Of a stretch of 64,000 bases of DNA, positions 18,759 through 27,796 are shown piece after piece; position 1 is the stretch's first letter, and every line of letters starts with the position of its first letter. Source of the stretch: a virus. The DNA lies in the IMG/VR virus record IMGVR_UViG_3300015171_000001, positions 93,281 through 157,280 of that record, one strand, 5' to 3'. A model generated the notes under the pieces. It saw nothing but the letters and a program-made list of their open reading frames with translations, was not told the DNA's origin and ran no database searches. A program made the translations under genes and the position numbers.

Positions 18759-20243
18759 AATTGGATTGTTCCATATCCATTTAGAATCTCCACAATCCCA
18801 TATTCTATCCCAATTGTTATTTCTCATATTTTCCCATTCGGATAAATTTTCATCAAAATTATTGACAATATCTTTTAATTTGTTTTTTGTAAAATACATT
18901 TTTGGATATGCTTCTTTGTAATCATCTGTGTAATAATATCTTGGAAGTGTATTGTCAAAAAATACAAATCCTAATTTTGAATAAACTTCCCCAGTAAAAA
19001 ATCGGCGGTCACTAAAAGATACTACACTATTTGGATTATAATTTTTAATAAAATGTTTGAATATTTTACTAATCCCACCAATAATAATTGTATTTAATTT
19101 ACAACAATACCTACTAACTTCCCATTCTATTTGTTGATTAAATTTGCTCTTACAAAGTGTCATTAAACTAACTAACTCGTCTTTATAATATAATCCCAAC
19201 TTAACTCCACTCTTATCTTCACCATTTAAATCATTGTTTTCTAGAAATGTACTACTATCAATATTATCCACTTCTTTAATTACACATTTTCTAGCACCTA
19301 TTTTATTTGATATGTTGCCCAATTTATTATTTATAATAGATTTTATTATTTCTGTTTTGTTTTGCCAATCGTCACTCTGAATCTGTAATAAGGTAATTCC
19401 ATTGATAATACATTTTTTTAATTTGTTTAAATGATATACCTTATTCTTTTTTCCGCCAATTTCACTGTGCCAATATATTCCATTATATTCTAATGCAATT
19501 TTTTTTGTGGGTATATAGAAATCTAATTCTTTTCCAGATAATATTTCTCTATCTCTTCTTGCAATAATTTCTTTTGTTGCCTCAGATAAAAATAAAAATA
19601 ATTCATTCTCGGCTTTCATTCTATATGGATTGCATTTTTCACAAAATATGTTGTTTGTGTTGTATGCTGTAATATAAAAAGTCAAGTCGCATACATTACA
19701 TTTAACTGGATATTTATTCTTCCAGTTATATCCTTTGTAGTCAGATATTTGAAAAAGTTCTGTCAGTTTTTCTTTTTTTAAAATAGATATTATTTTGTGA
19801 TAATTATTATCTCTTCTAGTTTGATTTTCTTTTTTTTTAAAAGCCTCTACTTTTGCAGCATTATCTACTCCATATCTTTCCAATAAAGTAGATTCACATT
19901 TTTCTAGATTATTATAATTCTCGTCTCCATATCTTTCTAATTTGGTGGATTTTACTTTATTAATATAATCTGGATGTTTGCTATAATGGTCCACCCCATA
20001 TTTTTCCAATAAAGATTTTTTTAAACTTTCTTTTCCGACATTACATTGCATGTGATGTCCACCATAATTTTTCAATAAAGTTTTTTTAACACCATCTCTA
20101 TTTTTTTGTTTTATAATAGGATTTGAACTAGAACACTTTTTAGAGCAAAATACTCTTTTTCTAATTTTTGGACTCTCAAAATTTATTCCACATGTTAAAC
20201 ATGGTTTAGTTTCATTGGTGTTTGGATCTTTTTTTCTAGGCAT
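18750..20243 (-). CDS. Hef-like free-standing homing endonuclease (Zn finger, KYG repeats, PD-(D/E)xK nuclease, GNAT-like C-terminus)
   Basis: CLTC...FCSKKC, LEKYGVD/LERYGDE repeats, ELDFYIP..KIALEYNGIYWHS, WEVSRYC, SFSDRRF, WDRIWDCG. Likely start is MPRKK at 20243. Confidence 0.75.
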   Translation of the reverse strand: MPRKKDPNTNETKPCLTCGINFESPKIRKRVFCSKKCSSSNPIIKQKNRDGVKKTLLKNYGGHHMQCNVGKESLKKSLLEKYGVDHYSKHPDYINKVKSTKLERYGDENYNNLEKCESTLLERYGVDNAAKVEAFKKKENQTRRDNNYHKIISILKKEKLTELFQISDYKGYNWKNKYPVKCNVCDLTFYITAYNTNNIFCEKCNPYRMKAENELFLFLSEATKEIIARRDREILSGKELDFYIPTKKIALEYNGIYWHSEIGGKKNKVYHLNKLKKCIINGITLLQIQSDDWQNKTEIIKSIINNKLGNISNKIGARKCVIKEVDNIDSSTFLENNDLNGEDKSGVKLGLYYKDELVSLMTLCKSKFNQQIEWEVSRYCCKLNTIIIGGISKIFKHFIKNYNPNSVVSFSDRRFFTGEVYSKLGFVFFDNTLPRYYYTDDYKEAYPKMYFTKNKLKDIVNNFDENLSEWENMRNNNWDRIWDCGDSKWIWNNPISQ

Positions 20244-20359
20244 ATATGTGTTTAGTTCTAATATAGCCAATATATTACTCTATTTTTCAAAACATGTCTA
20301 TTTATTTTAATAATTATTATTTATAATAGAACAAACAACTAAATTAACTTGACAAATAT

Positions 20360-20848
20360 ATGGCACAACTGATAGAATCCAATGAAATATTCTTTACGGC
20401 ATTCGAGCCAAAAGTGAGTAACCGCTTTATCATGTACATTGATGGAGTACCTGCTTTCTTGATCAAAGGCGTAAAAAGACCCTCAATCAATCTTAACACA
20501 ATAAAACTAGACCACATCAACATTTATCGTAAATTAAAAGGTAAAGCAGAGTGGGAAGATGTGTCTTTAACTTTGTACGATCCCGTATCACCATCTGGCG
20601 CACAAACAGTAATGGAATGGATTAGATTATCACACGAATCGGTGTCGGGCCGAGATGGGTATGGGGACTTCTATAAAAAGGATGTATCTATTCAAGTATT
20701 AGGTCCCGTGGGAGATGTTGTAGAAGAATGGACCCTTAAGGGGGCCTTTGTGTCTGCTGCTGAATTTGGAGAACTTAATTGGGAAACCGGCGATCCAATC
20801 ATGATTAATGTAACGCTCTCGATGGATTATTGCATACTTCAATTCTAG
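20360..20848 (+). CDS. Tail tube protein (gp19-like)
   Basis: FEPKVSNRF, GKAEWEDVSLTLYDP, YKKD..IQVLGPVGDVVEEWTLKGAF, LSMDY. Confidence 0.92.
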   Translation: MAQLIESNEIFFTAFEPKVSNRFIMYIDGVPAFLIKGVKRPSINLNTIKLDHINIYRKLKGKAEWEDVSLTLYDPVSPSGAQTVMEWIRLSHESVSGRDGYGDFYKKDVSIQVLGPVGDVVEEWTLKGAFVSAAEFGELNWETGDPIMINVTLSMDYCILQF

Positions 20849-20886
20849 TTTTTTATGTGAGTTTTATAATCAATTACTTACAAAAT

Positions 20887-20920
20887 AAAAAGACCAAATT
20901 TTAATTAATTTGGTCTTTTT
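20887..20920 (+). terminator. Rho-independent terminator after the tube gene
   Basis: AAAAAGACCAAATT...AATTTGGTCTTTTT hairpin with T tail. Confidence 0.8.
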
Positions 20921-20974
20921 TATTAATTACTTGAATAGATTGCCGCGAGAGTGTCTTACAACATTTCACAAAAT

Positions 20975-21412
20975 AAATAGAAAATTATTGTTTTTATAAG
21001 AAATTTGATCTATATATTTCCGAAAGTTTCAAGATTAAAACAAAAGGTTTTTGGATTTGATCACAAAAAATTTCAATTTTTTGCTCGTGTTAAAATTTGA
21101 GATGATCTTTTTAACAGATTTGATCGCAAGATCAAATCGGAGAGGAGCCTAGAGTCCCTCTTGTCCAAAGAAGTAGAATAAATTTCTATGAAATTTTCAA
21201 CTCTGTGCTAGAGATGGTTATCCAAATTTATATACTCCGAAATTTATTTTAGAAAACAAATATTAAAACAAAAATTATCCATATTTGATAAAGATCTTAC
21301 TGAATGGGGAAACATGAAATTGAATGGATATGATAGAATTTTGGACTGTGGCAATATTAAATACGAAATGATTTTTAATAGATTAATTCTATACTCTCAT
21401 ATATTTATATGA
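20975..21412 (+). pseudogene. Eroded remnant of a Hef-like endonuclease gene
   Basis: Fragments NRKLL..EI/DLYISE (about 20976-21023) and KQKLSIFDKDLTEWGNMKLNGYDRILDCGNIKY (about 21266-21364) align with the 18750 protein (DREILSGKELDFYIP and NFDENLSEWENMRNNNWDRIWDCGDSKW). Confidence 0.7.
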
Positions 21413-21416
21413 ACAT

Positions 21417-22670
21417 ATGCCATTATTATCGTATTATTCTATATTGTCTGGAGGAAAAATAATTTCAATTATATCTGGTGGAGGAAATGGGGTGACATTT
21501 AGCCCAACCAACTCTGGAGCCAATATTACACTTCATAACGGCAATATCACTGCCACCGACACAGTTAACTCAACTAATAGGGCGATGTCGTATCTTACAA
21601 GTACAATAACTAACTTACAAAAGGTGTACCTAGAGTTTACTGTAAATATAGCAGGGTCCACAGTTGGTTCTCCTTATATTCCTCCAATTATAGGTGTATC
21701 AGATAACATCACACTCAACAATACAGCATATCCAGGAGGTTTCTCAAATGGTTTTGGCATAGAAGGAGGGAATGGAGGTCAATTTAGTGGCACTGTATCA
21801 GAACCATCCGGTAATCCGACAATAACAATGGCAAATGGAGATGTGATAGGATTGGCTATTAACGGTGTGACTGGAAATATATGGCTTAGTAAAAATGGCA
21901 CGTATGTTTTATCAGGAAATCCAGCAACAGCGACCAGTCCATCTTTTAATTTCTCGCCACCTCCGTCAAATTATTATCCATGTGTGGGGTTAATATCAGA
22001 CGGCACCAACGCAGGTAATATAAGTTTGAATTCAATATTAATTTACACCCCTCCTAGTGGATTTGTTTCTTTGACAGCAGCAACTCCCGTAATAGCTTTT
22101 GATGGAGCACACACTAATATACAAGGCATATTGACAAGTTCAGAATCGGTATTTGCAATGCAATCAGTTGGTGGATATATAAATTCCTTTATAAACTATG
22201 GAGCATCTAGTGGCAAAAGGTACATAGAATTTAAGATTCTATGTACTAATAGCGTCACTTGCGCAGTGGGAGCATCTACTTCCAGAAATTTAACCACTCA
22301 AATTGGGAATGTTGCCAATGGGTTTGCGGTTTATAATGCAGGCAGTGGAATAGGACAAACTGGACTTACTAACGACAATAACGCACCTTCCTACACTACT
22401 AATGACGTAGCAATGATAGCAGTTGATTTCTCATTAGGATACGCTTGGTACGGAAAAAATGGAACTTGGTTAACAAATACTGGAGGTGTTGGCAATCCAG
22501 TTTCTGGAACAAACCCATCATTTAATGGGGCGAATTTACAATCTGGTACTTGGTATCCTGGTGCAACTGTATCTGCCGGGACATCTACTCCTATAGTCCA
22601 AGTATACGCCCCTGCTTCTTCCTGGAATTATACTCGCCCCACAGGATTCTTAGGTTGGGACGGAAGTTAA
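21417..22670 (+). CDS. Tandem SPRY/concanavalin-like domain protein, likely virion-associated
   Basis: Two repeats: KVYLEF...GDVIGLAI...IWLSKNGTY...GNPAT...YYPCV and KRYIEF...NDVAMIAVD...AWYGKNGTW...GNPVS...WYPGA. Confidence 0.75.
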   Translation: MPLLSYYSILSGGKIISIISGGGNGVTFSPTNSGANITLHNGNITATDTVNSTNRAMSYLTSTITNLQKVYLEFTVNIAGSTVGSPYIPPIIGVSDNITLNNTAYPGGFSNGFGIEGGNGGQFSGTVSEPSGNPTITMANGDVIGLAINGVTGNIWLSKNGTYVLSGNPATATSPSFNFSPPPSNYYPCVGLISDGTNAGNISLNSILIYTPPSGFVSLTAATPVIAFDGAHTNIQGILTSSESVFAMQSVGGYINSFINYGASSGKRYIEFKILCTNSVTCAVGASTSRNLTTQIGNVANGFAVYNAGSGIGQTGLTNDNNAPSYTTNDVAMIAVDFSLGYAWYGKNGTWLTNTGGVGNPVSGTNPSFNGANLQSGTWYPGATVSAGTSTPIVQVYAPASSWNYTRPTGFLGWDGS

Positions 22671-22736
22671 TAAATTAAATTAAATTGGAAAAATTTTTAT
22701 ATTTAAAATTTAATTAGTATTCTATTTATTTAGATA

Positions 22737-23798
22737 ATGATAAAGAAAAAGGTTTTATTTATTTTAAAAAGTAGAGAAGAGCCATTTTCAAAGAACGAAG
22801 AAATAACTTCGAAAAAGCAATTAAGTAGTGGATTATTTAATTCTGCTAATTTTGTTAATACATTTTTACAATCCTCCGAAGAATTTGAAAGTAAATTAGT
22901 ACATGTTAATGACAATAATTGCATTGATAGAGAAGTTTATTTATATAGACCCGACATTGTTATTATTGAGGCATATTGGGTAGTGCCGGAAAAATTCGAA
23001 ATTCTCCAAAAGCTACATCCAAAGGTAAAATGGATAATTAGAAATCATAGTGAGGTAGCTTTTTTAGCAAATGAGGGAATTGCATTTGATTGGAGCATTC
23101 GGTATGTAAATTATGATAATGTATATTTGTCTTGTAATGCAAAACAGACATATTTAGATTTTGTAAATATTTTAGAGAATGTTTATGTAGATAAAAAAGA
23201 TATTAAGAATAAAGTTTTATATCTTCCTAATACATACCCGATTGATTTTTGTGGTATAAGTACTAAACAGAAAGAATCGTTGGATATAAGCTGTTTTGGA
23301 GCGATTAGACCATTAAAGAATCACATGGTTCAAGTTATTGCCGCAATTAGATTTGCAAACATGTTAAATATGTCTTTAAATTTTCATATTAATGATGGAA
23401 GAATTGAAATGAAGGGGGATAATATATTAAAAAATATTAAATCTGTATTTAATAAATGTTCACGGCATAAATTAATAGAACATGATTGGATGGATCATTC
23501 TAAATTTAAAAAGGTTATAAAAAATATAGATATTGGATTACAGGTATCCTATACAGAGACATTTAATATTGTTGCGGCAGACCATGTTTCCTCTGGAGTT
23601 CCTGTTGTTGCAAGTAATAATGTTCCTTGGTTATTAGGAGATTTTCCATATTACGAGAATGACTCGACATTAATTGCTGATAAATTATTTGATGTTTATA
23701 ATAATAAAGAGTCATATTTAATTCACCAACAAAATAGATTAAAAGGTTGGAATGATAATAGTGAAAATATTTGGAAACAAATATTATCTAATATATAA
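22737..23798 (+). CDS. GT-B fold glycosyltransferase (GT4-like)
   Basis: CFGAIRPLKN and QVSYTETFNIVAADHVSSGVPVVAS (E-x7-D variant of the GT4 motif). Confidence 0.8.
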   Translation: MIKKKVLFILKSREEPFSKNEEITSKKQLSSGLFNSANFVNTFLQSSEEFESKLVHVNDNNCIDREVYLYRPDIVIIEAYWVVPEKFEILQKLHPKVKWIIRNHSEVAFLANEGIAFDWSIRYVNYDNVYLSCNAKQTYLDFVNILENVYVDKKDIKNKVLYLPNTYPIDFCGISTKQKESLDISCFGAIRPLKNHMVQVIAAIRFANMLNMSLNFHINDGRIEMKGDNILKNIKSVFNKCSRHKLIEHDWMDHSKFKKVIKNIDIGLQVSYTETFNIVAADHVSSGVPVVASNNVPWLLGDFPYYENDSTLIADKLFDVYNNKESYLIHQQNRLKGWNDNSENIWKQILSNI

Positions 23799-23829
23799 GT
23801 GGGAAGTTAATATTATTTTAACTTCCCAC
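23799..23829. terminator. Hairpin between convergent genes (bidirectional terminator)
   Basis: GTGGGAAGTTAA-7 nt-TTAACTTCCCAC, a perfect 12 bp stem. Confidence 0.75.
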
Positions 23830-23841
23830 ATAAATAACTAA

Positions 23842-24081
23842 TTATTTATTATCATGATGTTCGTGATGTTCTCTATCATGTTTTTCTTCTCTATCTTTTT
23901 CTCTTTGTCGTTCTTTTTCTCGTTCATGCTCGCGATCTTTATCATATGATCTATGATGACATCCTCTATCATGATGGTGTTGTGTGTAATAGTCTCCAAA
24001 ATCAAGATCGACAGATTGTGACCAACTGCCAATTGTTGATAATGCGAGCATCATCGTACTTATTATTAATATATTTCTCAT
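23842..24081 (-). CDS. Small secreted His/Glu/Arg-rich protein
   Basis: Signal-peptide-like MRNILIISTMMLALSTIGSWS followed by HHHDRGCHHR...HDREHHEHHDNK. Confidence 0.6.
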   Translation of the reverse strand: MRNILIISTMMLALSTIGSWSQSVDLDFGDYYTQHHHDRGCHHRSYDKDREHEREKERQREKDREEKHDREHHEHHDNK

Positions 24082-24283
24082 ATTTTTATATTTCGTTACC
24101 CAAACCATTTATTTGATTTGTTGATAAAATCCTATCATGGTTTGTTTATTTTTGATATGGGGTATAGTACCCATATTGGATTAACCGGACACAATTTGTC
24201 CATTTTTTCTAATTTAAGATCCAATTATTGAAAAAAATTGATAAAAATCATTTTTATGATATAATTTTTATATTTATATTTAT

Positions 24284-24706
24284 ATGTTATTTTTTAATGA
24301 AGAAACTGATGTTGCTATATTTAAGTCCAAATGGCGTAAACCATTTTCTATTCTTAATAAGATAAATCCTATATGGTGGTTTTTAAATGAAGACGATCCT
24401 ACGCCAACACCAGATTATGCACCAACCAATCCACAATGGTTAAGAAATACACAGTGGAACTTAAGAAATCCTCTTCACAATTTTACTTTTTATGTAATAG
24501 GAGTCAGTGATAGAGACAATGTTCGTTTTGGAAATTCTCCAACAAATGTTTTTGATAAAAAATTAAAGTGGACATGGAGCGTAACTTATGTAAAATATTT
24601 ATATCTTCCATTTATAAGTTATGTTGGATCTTCGATGGCATGGTATATTGGGTGGAGAGATGGTGGTAATTTTGGATTAAAAATAACAAGTGCCAGCAAT
24701 GTTTAA
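24284..24706 (+). CDS. Trp-rich hypothetical protein
   Basis: NPIWWFLNEDD, WNLRNPLHNFTFYVIG, YIGWR, with an upstream TATTTATA. Confidence 0.7.
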   Translation: MLFFNEETDVAIFKSKWRKPFSILNKINPIWWFLNEDDPTPTPDYAPTNPQWLRNTQWNLRNPLHNFTFYVIGVSDRDNVRFGNSPTNVFDKKLKWTWSVTYVKYLYLPFISYVGSSMAWYIGWRDGGNFGLKITSASNV

Positions 24707-24711
24707 AATTT

Positions 24712-25365
24712 ATGCCGAAGAATATAATTAAAAAATTTGAAAAGGAATATGGTAAAGATAAGGGGAAATCTATTTATTATGCCACGGCCAACAAATTAAA
24801 AAGAAATCCAGAAACATTTAAGAAAGATATTTCAGAAAGCAATAGCTCAATGGAAGTTCCTCAGATTTCTGGAGATGTGGTAAAGTTTATTACAGGAAAA
24901 TCAAAAGAAGAATCTCAAGATATTTACATGAAATATATTCTTCCAAGGTCTGTCGAGATTGAAAAAGAAATTAAAAACGCAACGGGAGCAGATGAAAAAC
25001 ATGATATTATGCATAAAATAGTTAAGAAAATATTGTTAGATAAAGGTGTTATTAAAGATAATTCCCTTAAAGAATCAGAGTTAAAAAAGCACATTAAAAC
25101 AATTATTAAAGAAGTTTTATTAGAAACTGATGTGAATAATGCAGAAGAAAAAGAGGAAGTTAAAATTGGAAAAGATATTTTAATAAGATGTGGTAATATT
25201 CTTAAATATAATGATTTGGATGAAGTTGAGGATGTAGAAAAAATACAGGAGTTAGCTAAAAAATTAATAGAAATACATGGTGAAAAAGTAAAACAAGATT
25301 TTGATCCAACTGGAAGACTTAAAAATTATCATCTTGGATTTAAAAAAGGAAACAATCAATTATAA
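24712..25365 (+). CDS. Putative internal head protein / polyprotein
   Basis: N-terminal FEKEYGKDKGKSIYYATANK module and internal LKESELKKHIKTIIKEVLLE tag. Confidence 0.55.
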   Translation: MPKNIIKKFEKEYGKDKGKSIYYATANKLKRNPETFKKDISESNSSMEVPQISGDVVKFITGKSKEESQDIYMKYILPRSVEIEKEIKNATGADEKHDIMHKIVKKILLDKGVIKDNSLKESELKKHIKTIIKEVLLETDVNNAEEKEEVKIGKDILIRCGNILKYNDLDEVEDVEKIQELAKKLIEIHGEKVKQDFDPTGRLKNYHLGFKKGNNQL

Positions 25366-25393
25366 AAATTTTTAAAATATACTTATACATAAT

Positions 25394-26668
25394 ATGAAAC
25401 GATCAGAATTAAAAGAATTAGTAAAACAGGTAATTTCGGAGCAAAAATTTAAAGATGCTCCAAAGGATAAAAAAGTAAAACCAGAACCAACAATTTCAAA
25501 AAATGATATTGGACAGGAAAAAGCTGTCAGAGAATTTCTATCATCAAGAAAGAATTATACATCACATTGTGAGCAATTGGAAGATGTTGCTAAATCATTA
25601 AAAATAAATGTTAAAGATAAGACTGGAAAGAAATTATCAGATGCTATTATAGATGAATTAAATAAGGATAAAAAGAATGTATCAAAGGTTTTCAAAGCTC
25701 TTAAGAGTAAGAAATTAATAACAGAATCTATAGATCAATTGATAGTTAATAAACATTTGAGATTGATTAAAGTGGTATTATTTAAAATGGGCGCAGTCAA
25801 AAATCCTATGGAAGTGGATGTTAAAAAGGACATTTCTTATTATGTTGAACCAGAAGATTTTACTGAATTTTGTGAAAAATTAAAACTCACTCCTCCAATG
25901 TATGATGATTCATTATCAATTGACGAATATGCTAATTTGTGGGCCGAAGAAGATGAAGAAAAAAACACACCAGAATCAACTTTAAAAACTCCAGAAATTA
26001 GCCCAGAAGAAAGAGAAGTAAGAAGATTTTTATCTACAAGAAAAGATACAAATAATCATATTGAACAACTGTTGCAAATATCTCATTTACTTGGAATAAG
26101 TGTAAAGGGAAGTGATATTGATGATTTATTTAAAGTTATTTCGGATAAATTAGATCAAGATCCAATTTCTATTGAAAAAGTATTTGATTTTTTAAAGCAA
26201 ACAAAATTGATTAAAGAAATTAAAAAAATATCTTTAATAGATTTAAGAAATATTATTAAAGAAGTGATTTCTTCTGAAATGGAAGAATCCACGATTAGGA
26301 AACCTAATAAACCATACCCAAGGATTGCTGTTGGACACGAGGCACACGAAACTTCCACAACTAGAAGTTCTTTGGAAAAAGCTAAAAAATTAAATAAAAT
26401 ATATGGGAAACCTACAGAAATTTATTTACAATCTATGCCGCCAGAAGAAAAAGGACCTTTATTTTTAGTCACTGCGACATATGGTGATAAACAACACTCT
26501 TTTGAAGGATTTTCTTGGGGATATAAAGGAGAAGGTTCGTTAGGATTAAAAGAATATTTGTTAAGTGTTGGAATTCCAGAAGGTATTGATAAAATTTATG
26601 AGTTTGATCAGAAATCAAATTATTTATATACCAATGAAGATGGATCATGGCATCTAGAAAGAGAATAA
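25394..26668 (+). CDS. Putative internal head polyprotein with a duplicated domain
   Basis: MKRSELKELVKQVISE start, two copies of VR.FLS.RK....H.EQL...KVF..LK..KLI.E, and internal LRNIIKEVISSE. Confidence 0.55.
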   Translation: MKRSELKELVKQVISEQKFKDAPKDKKVKPEPTISKNDIGQEKAVREFLSSRKNYTSHCEQLEDVAKSLKINVKDKTGKKLSDAIIDELNKDKKNVSKVFKALKSKKLITESIDQLIVNKHLRLIKVVLFKMGAVKNPMEVDVKKDISYYVEPEDFTEFCEKLKLTPPMYDDSLSIDEYANLWAEEDEEKNTPESTLKTPEISPEEREVRRFLSTRKDTNNHIEQLLQISHLLGISVKGSDIDDLFKVISDKLDQDPISIEKVFDFLKQTKLIKEIKKISLIDLRNIIKEVISSEMEESTIRKPNKPYPRIAVGHEAHETSTTRSSLEKAKKLNKIYGKPTEIYLQSMPPEEKGPLFLVTATYGDKQHSFEGFSWGYKGEGSLGLKEYLLSVGIPEGIDKIYEFDQKSNYLYTNEDGSWHLERE

Positions 26669-27021
26669 TGAAAATTGGTATTAAAGAATTAAAGCAAATT
26701 ATTAAAGAAGTTATTTCTGAAAATAATTTGGGAGAAATGGTTCATAATTCAAGAACTGGTGTTGATTGGATTGGAGAAATGGAAAAGGCGGTCAATGCCG
26801 CACCACAACTTAATAATAATCAAGAATTAAAAAAAGTCTTGTTAAAAGCAATTGATGAACTTCATATTGGATCATTAAGAGGAAAATCAGACAAACTTCA
26901 AAATTGGTTAAATCTATTAAAGAAAACATTATCTTCTCCAAATTTTCAAAAAAACTGGAGAGTTTATAATTCAGAATTGACTAATTTTGCCGCCGCCATC
27001 ACAAAATTTGCTCGTTCTTGA
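26668..27021 (+). CDS. Putative internal head protein (start reassigned to 26668)
   Basis: TAATG overlap with the upstream gene. MKIGIKELKQIIKEVISE tag. Confidence 0.55.
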   Translation: MKIGIKELKQIIKEVISENNLGEMVHNSRTGVDWIGEMEKAVNAAPQLNNNQELKKVLLKAIDELHIGSLRGKSDKLQNWLNLLKKTLSSPNFQKNWRVYNSELTNFAAAITKFARS

Positions 27022-27711
27022 AAGCCTTTGTTTCTTTAAGAGATATTGTATCCTAAATTTTTCACTATTTATTAGTGGAGATTGTAGTTTAAAACACTTG
27101 TTGCAATAGTTATCGTATTGTCGCATAGAAAACTTAAAATCGTCGCTTAGAATAGGCACTGTGCATGAATATGCGTTAATCTCATCTAGATAGTTATCCT
27201 CACACACAAAAAAATAATCAGATTCTTTCATGTGAGTTAATATTTGGTTTGTAACATGTTTATATGTTTTGGAAAACATGTGTTTCATAATTCTTTTTTT
27301 GTAACACGGATAAATATTATATATCGCATGAACATATTCGTGTTCTAAAACCAGATAATTTCCAGCACCAATATCAAATACCCCTATCAAATAACATCCT
27401 TCTTTGTAGATTCTTTTTATATATTTTTCTTTTGTGGTCAATTCATTATCATTAAATAATTCAAAAAATTCTTTCATGCACGATGCTGGAATATTATAAC
27501 CCAATACTCTGGTTTTCCAGTTTTTGATATTTTCGTATTTTTTGAATCCTTTCTTGAAGAATTCTTTTATAGTGAATTTGTGATGCAATAATTCTGCATT
27601 GTGGGATTCATAAAAAGCAGATATTCTAAATAACGATTGATTCATATCTTCTGGATTATAAAAATCAAGAACTTGAATCTTTTCATCATGAATCATTGTT
27701 AAAACTCGCAT
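26971..27711 (-). CDS. HExxH metallopeptidase-like protein
   Basis: LEHEYVHAIY...DEINAY. Upstream TTTACA-17-TATTTT promoter-like sequence on the minus strand. Confidence 0.6.
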   Translation of the reverse strand: MRVLTMIHDEKIQVLDFYNPEDMNQSLFRISAFYESHNAELLHHKFTIKEFFKKGFKKYENIKNWKTRVLGYNIPASCMKEFFELFNDNELTTKEKYIKRIYKEGCYLIGVFDIGAGNYLVLEHEYVHAIYNIYPCYKKRIMKHMFSKTYKHVTNQILTHMKESDYFFVCEDNYLDEINAYSCTVPILSDDFKFSMRQYDNYCNKCFKLQSPLINSEKFRIQYLLKKQRLSRTSKFCDGGGKISQF

Positions 27712-27796
27712 AAATTCAAAATATCACATTTTATAAAAAATGTAAAGAACTTTATTTTTGAATTATTTTATTAAATAATTCGTATATATTAGAATC

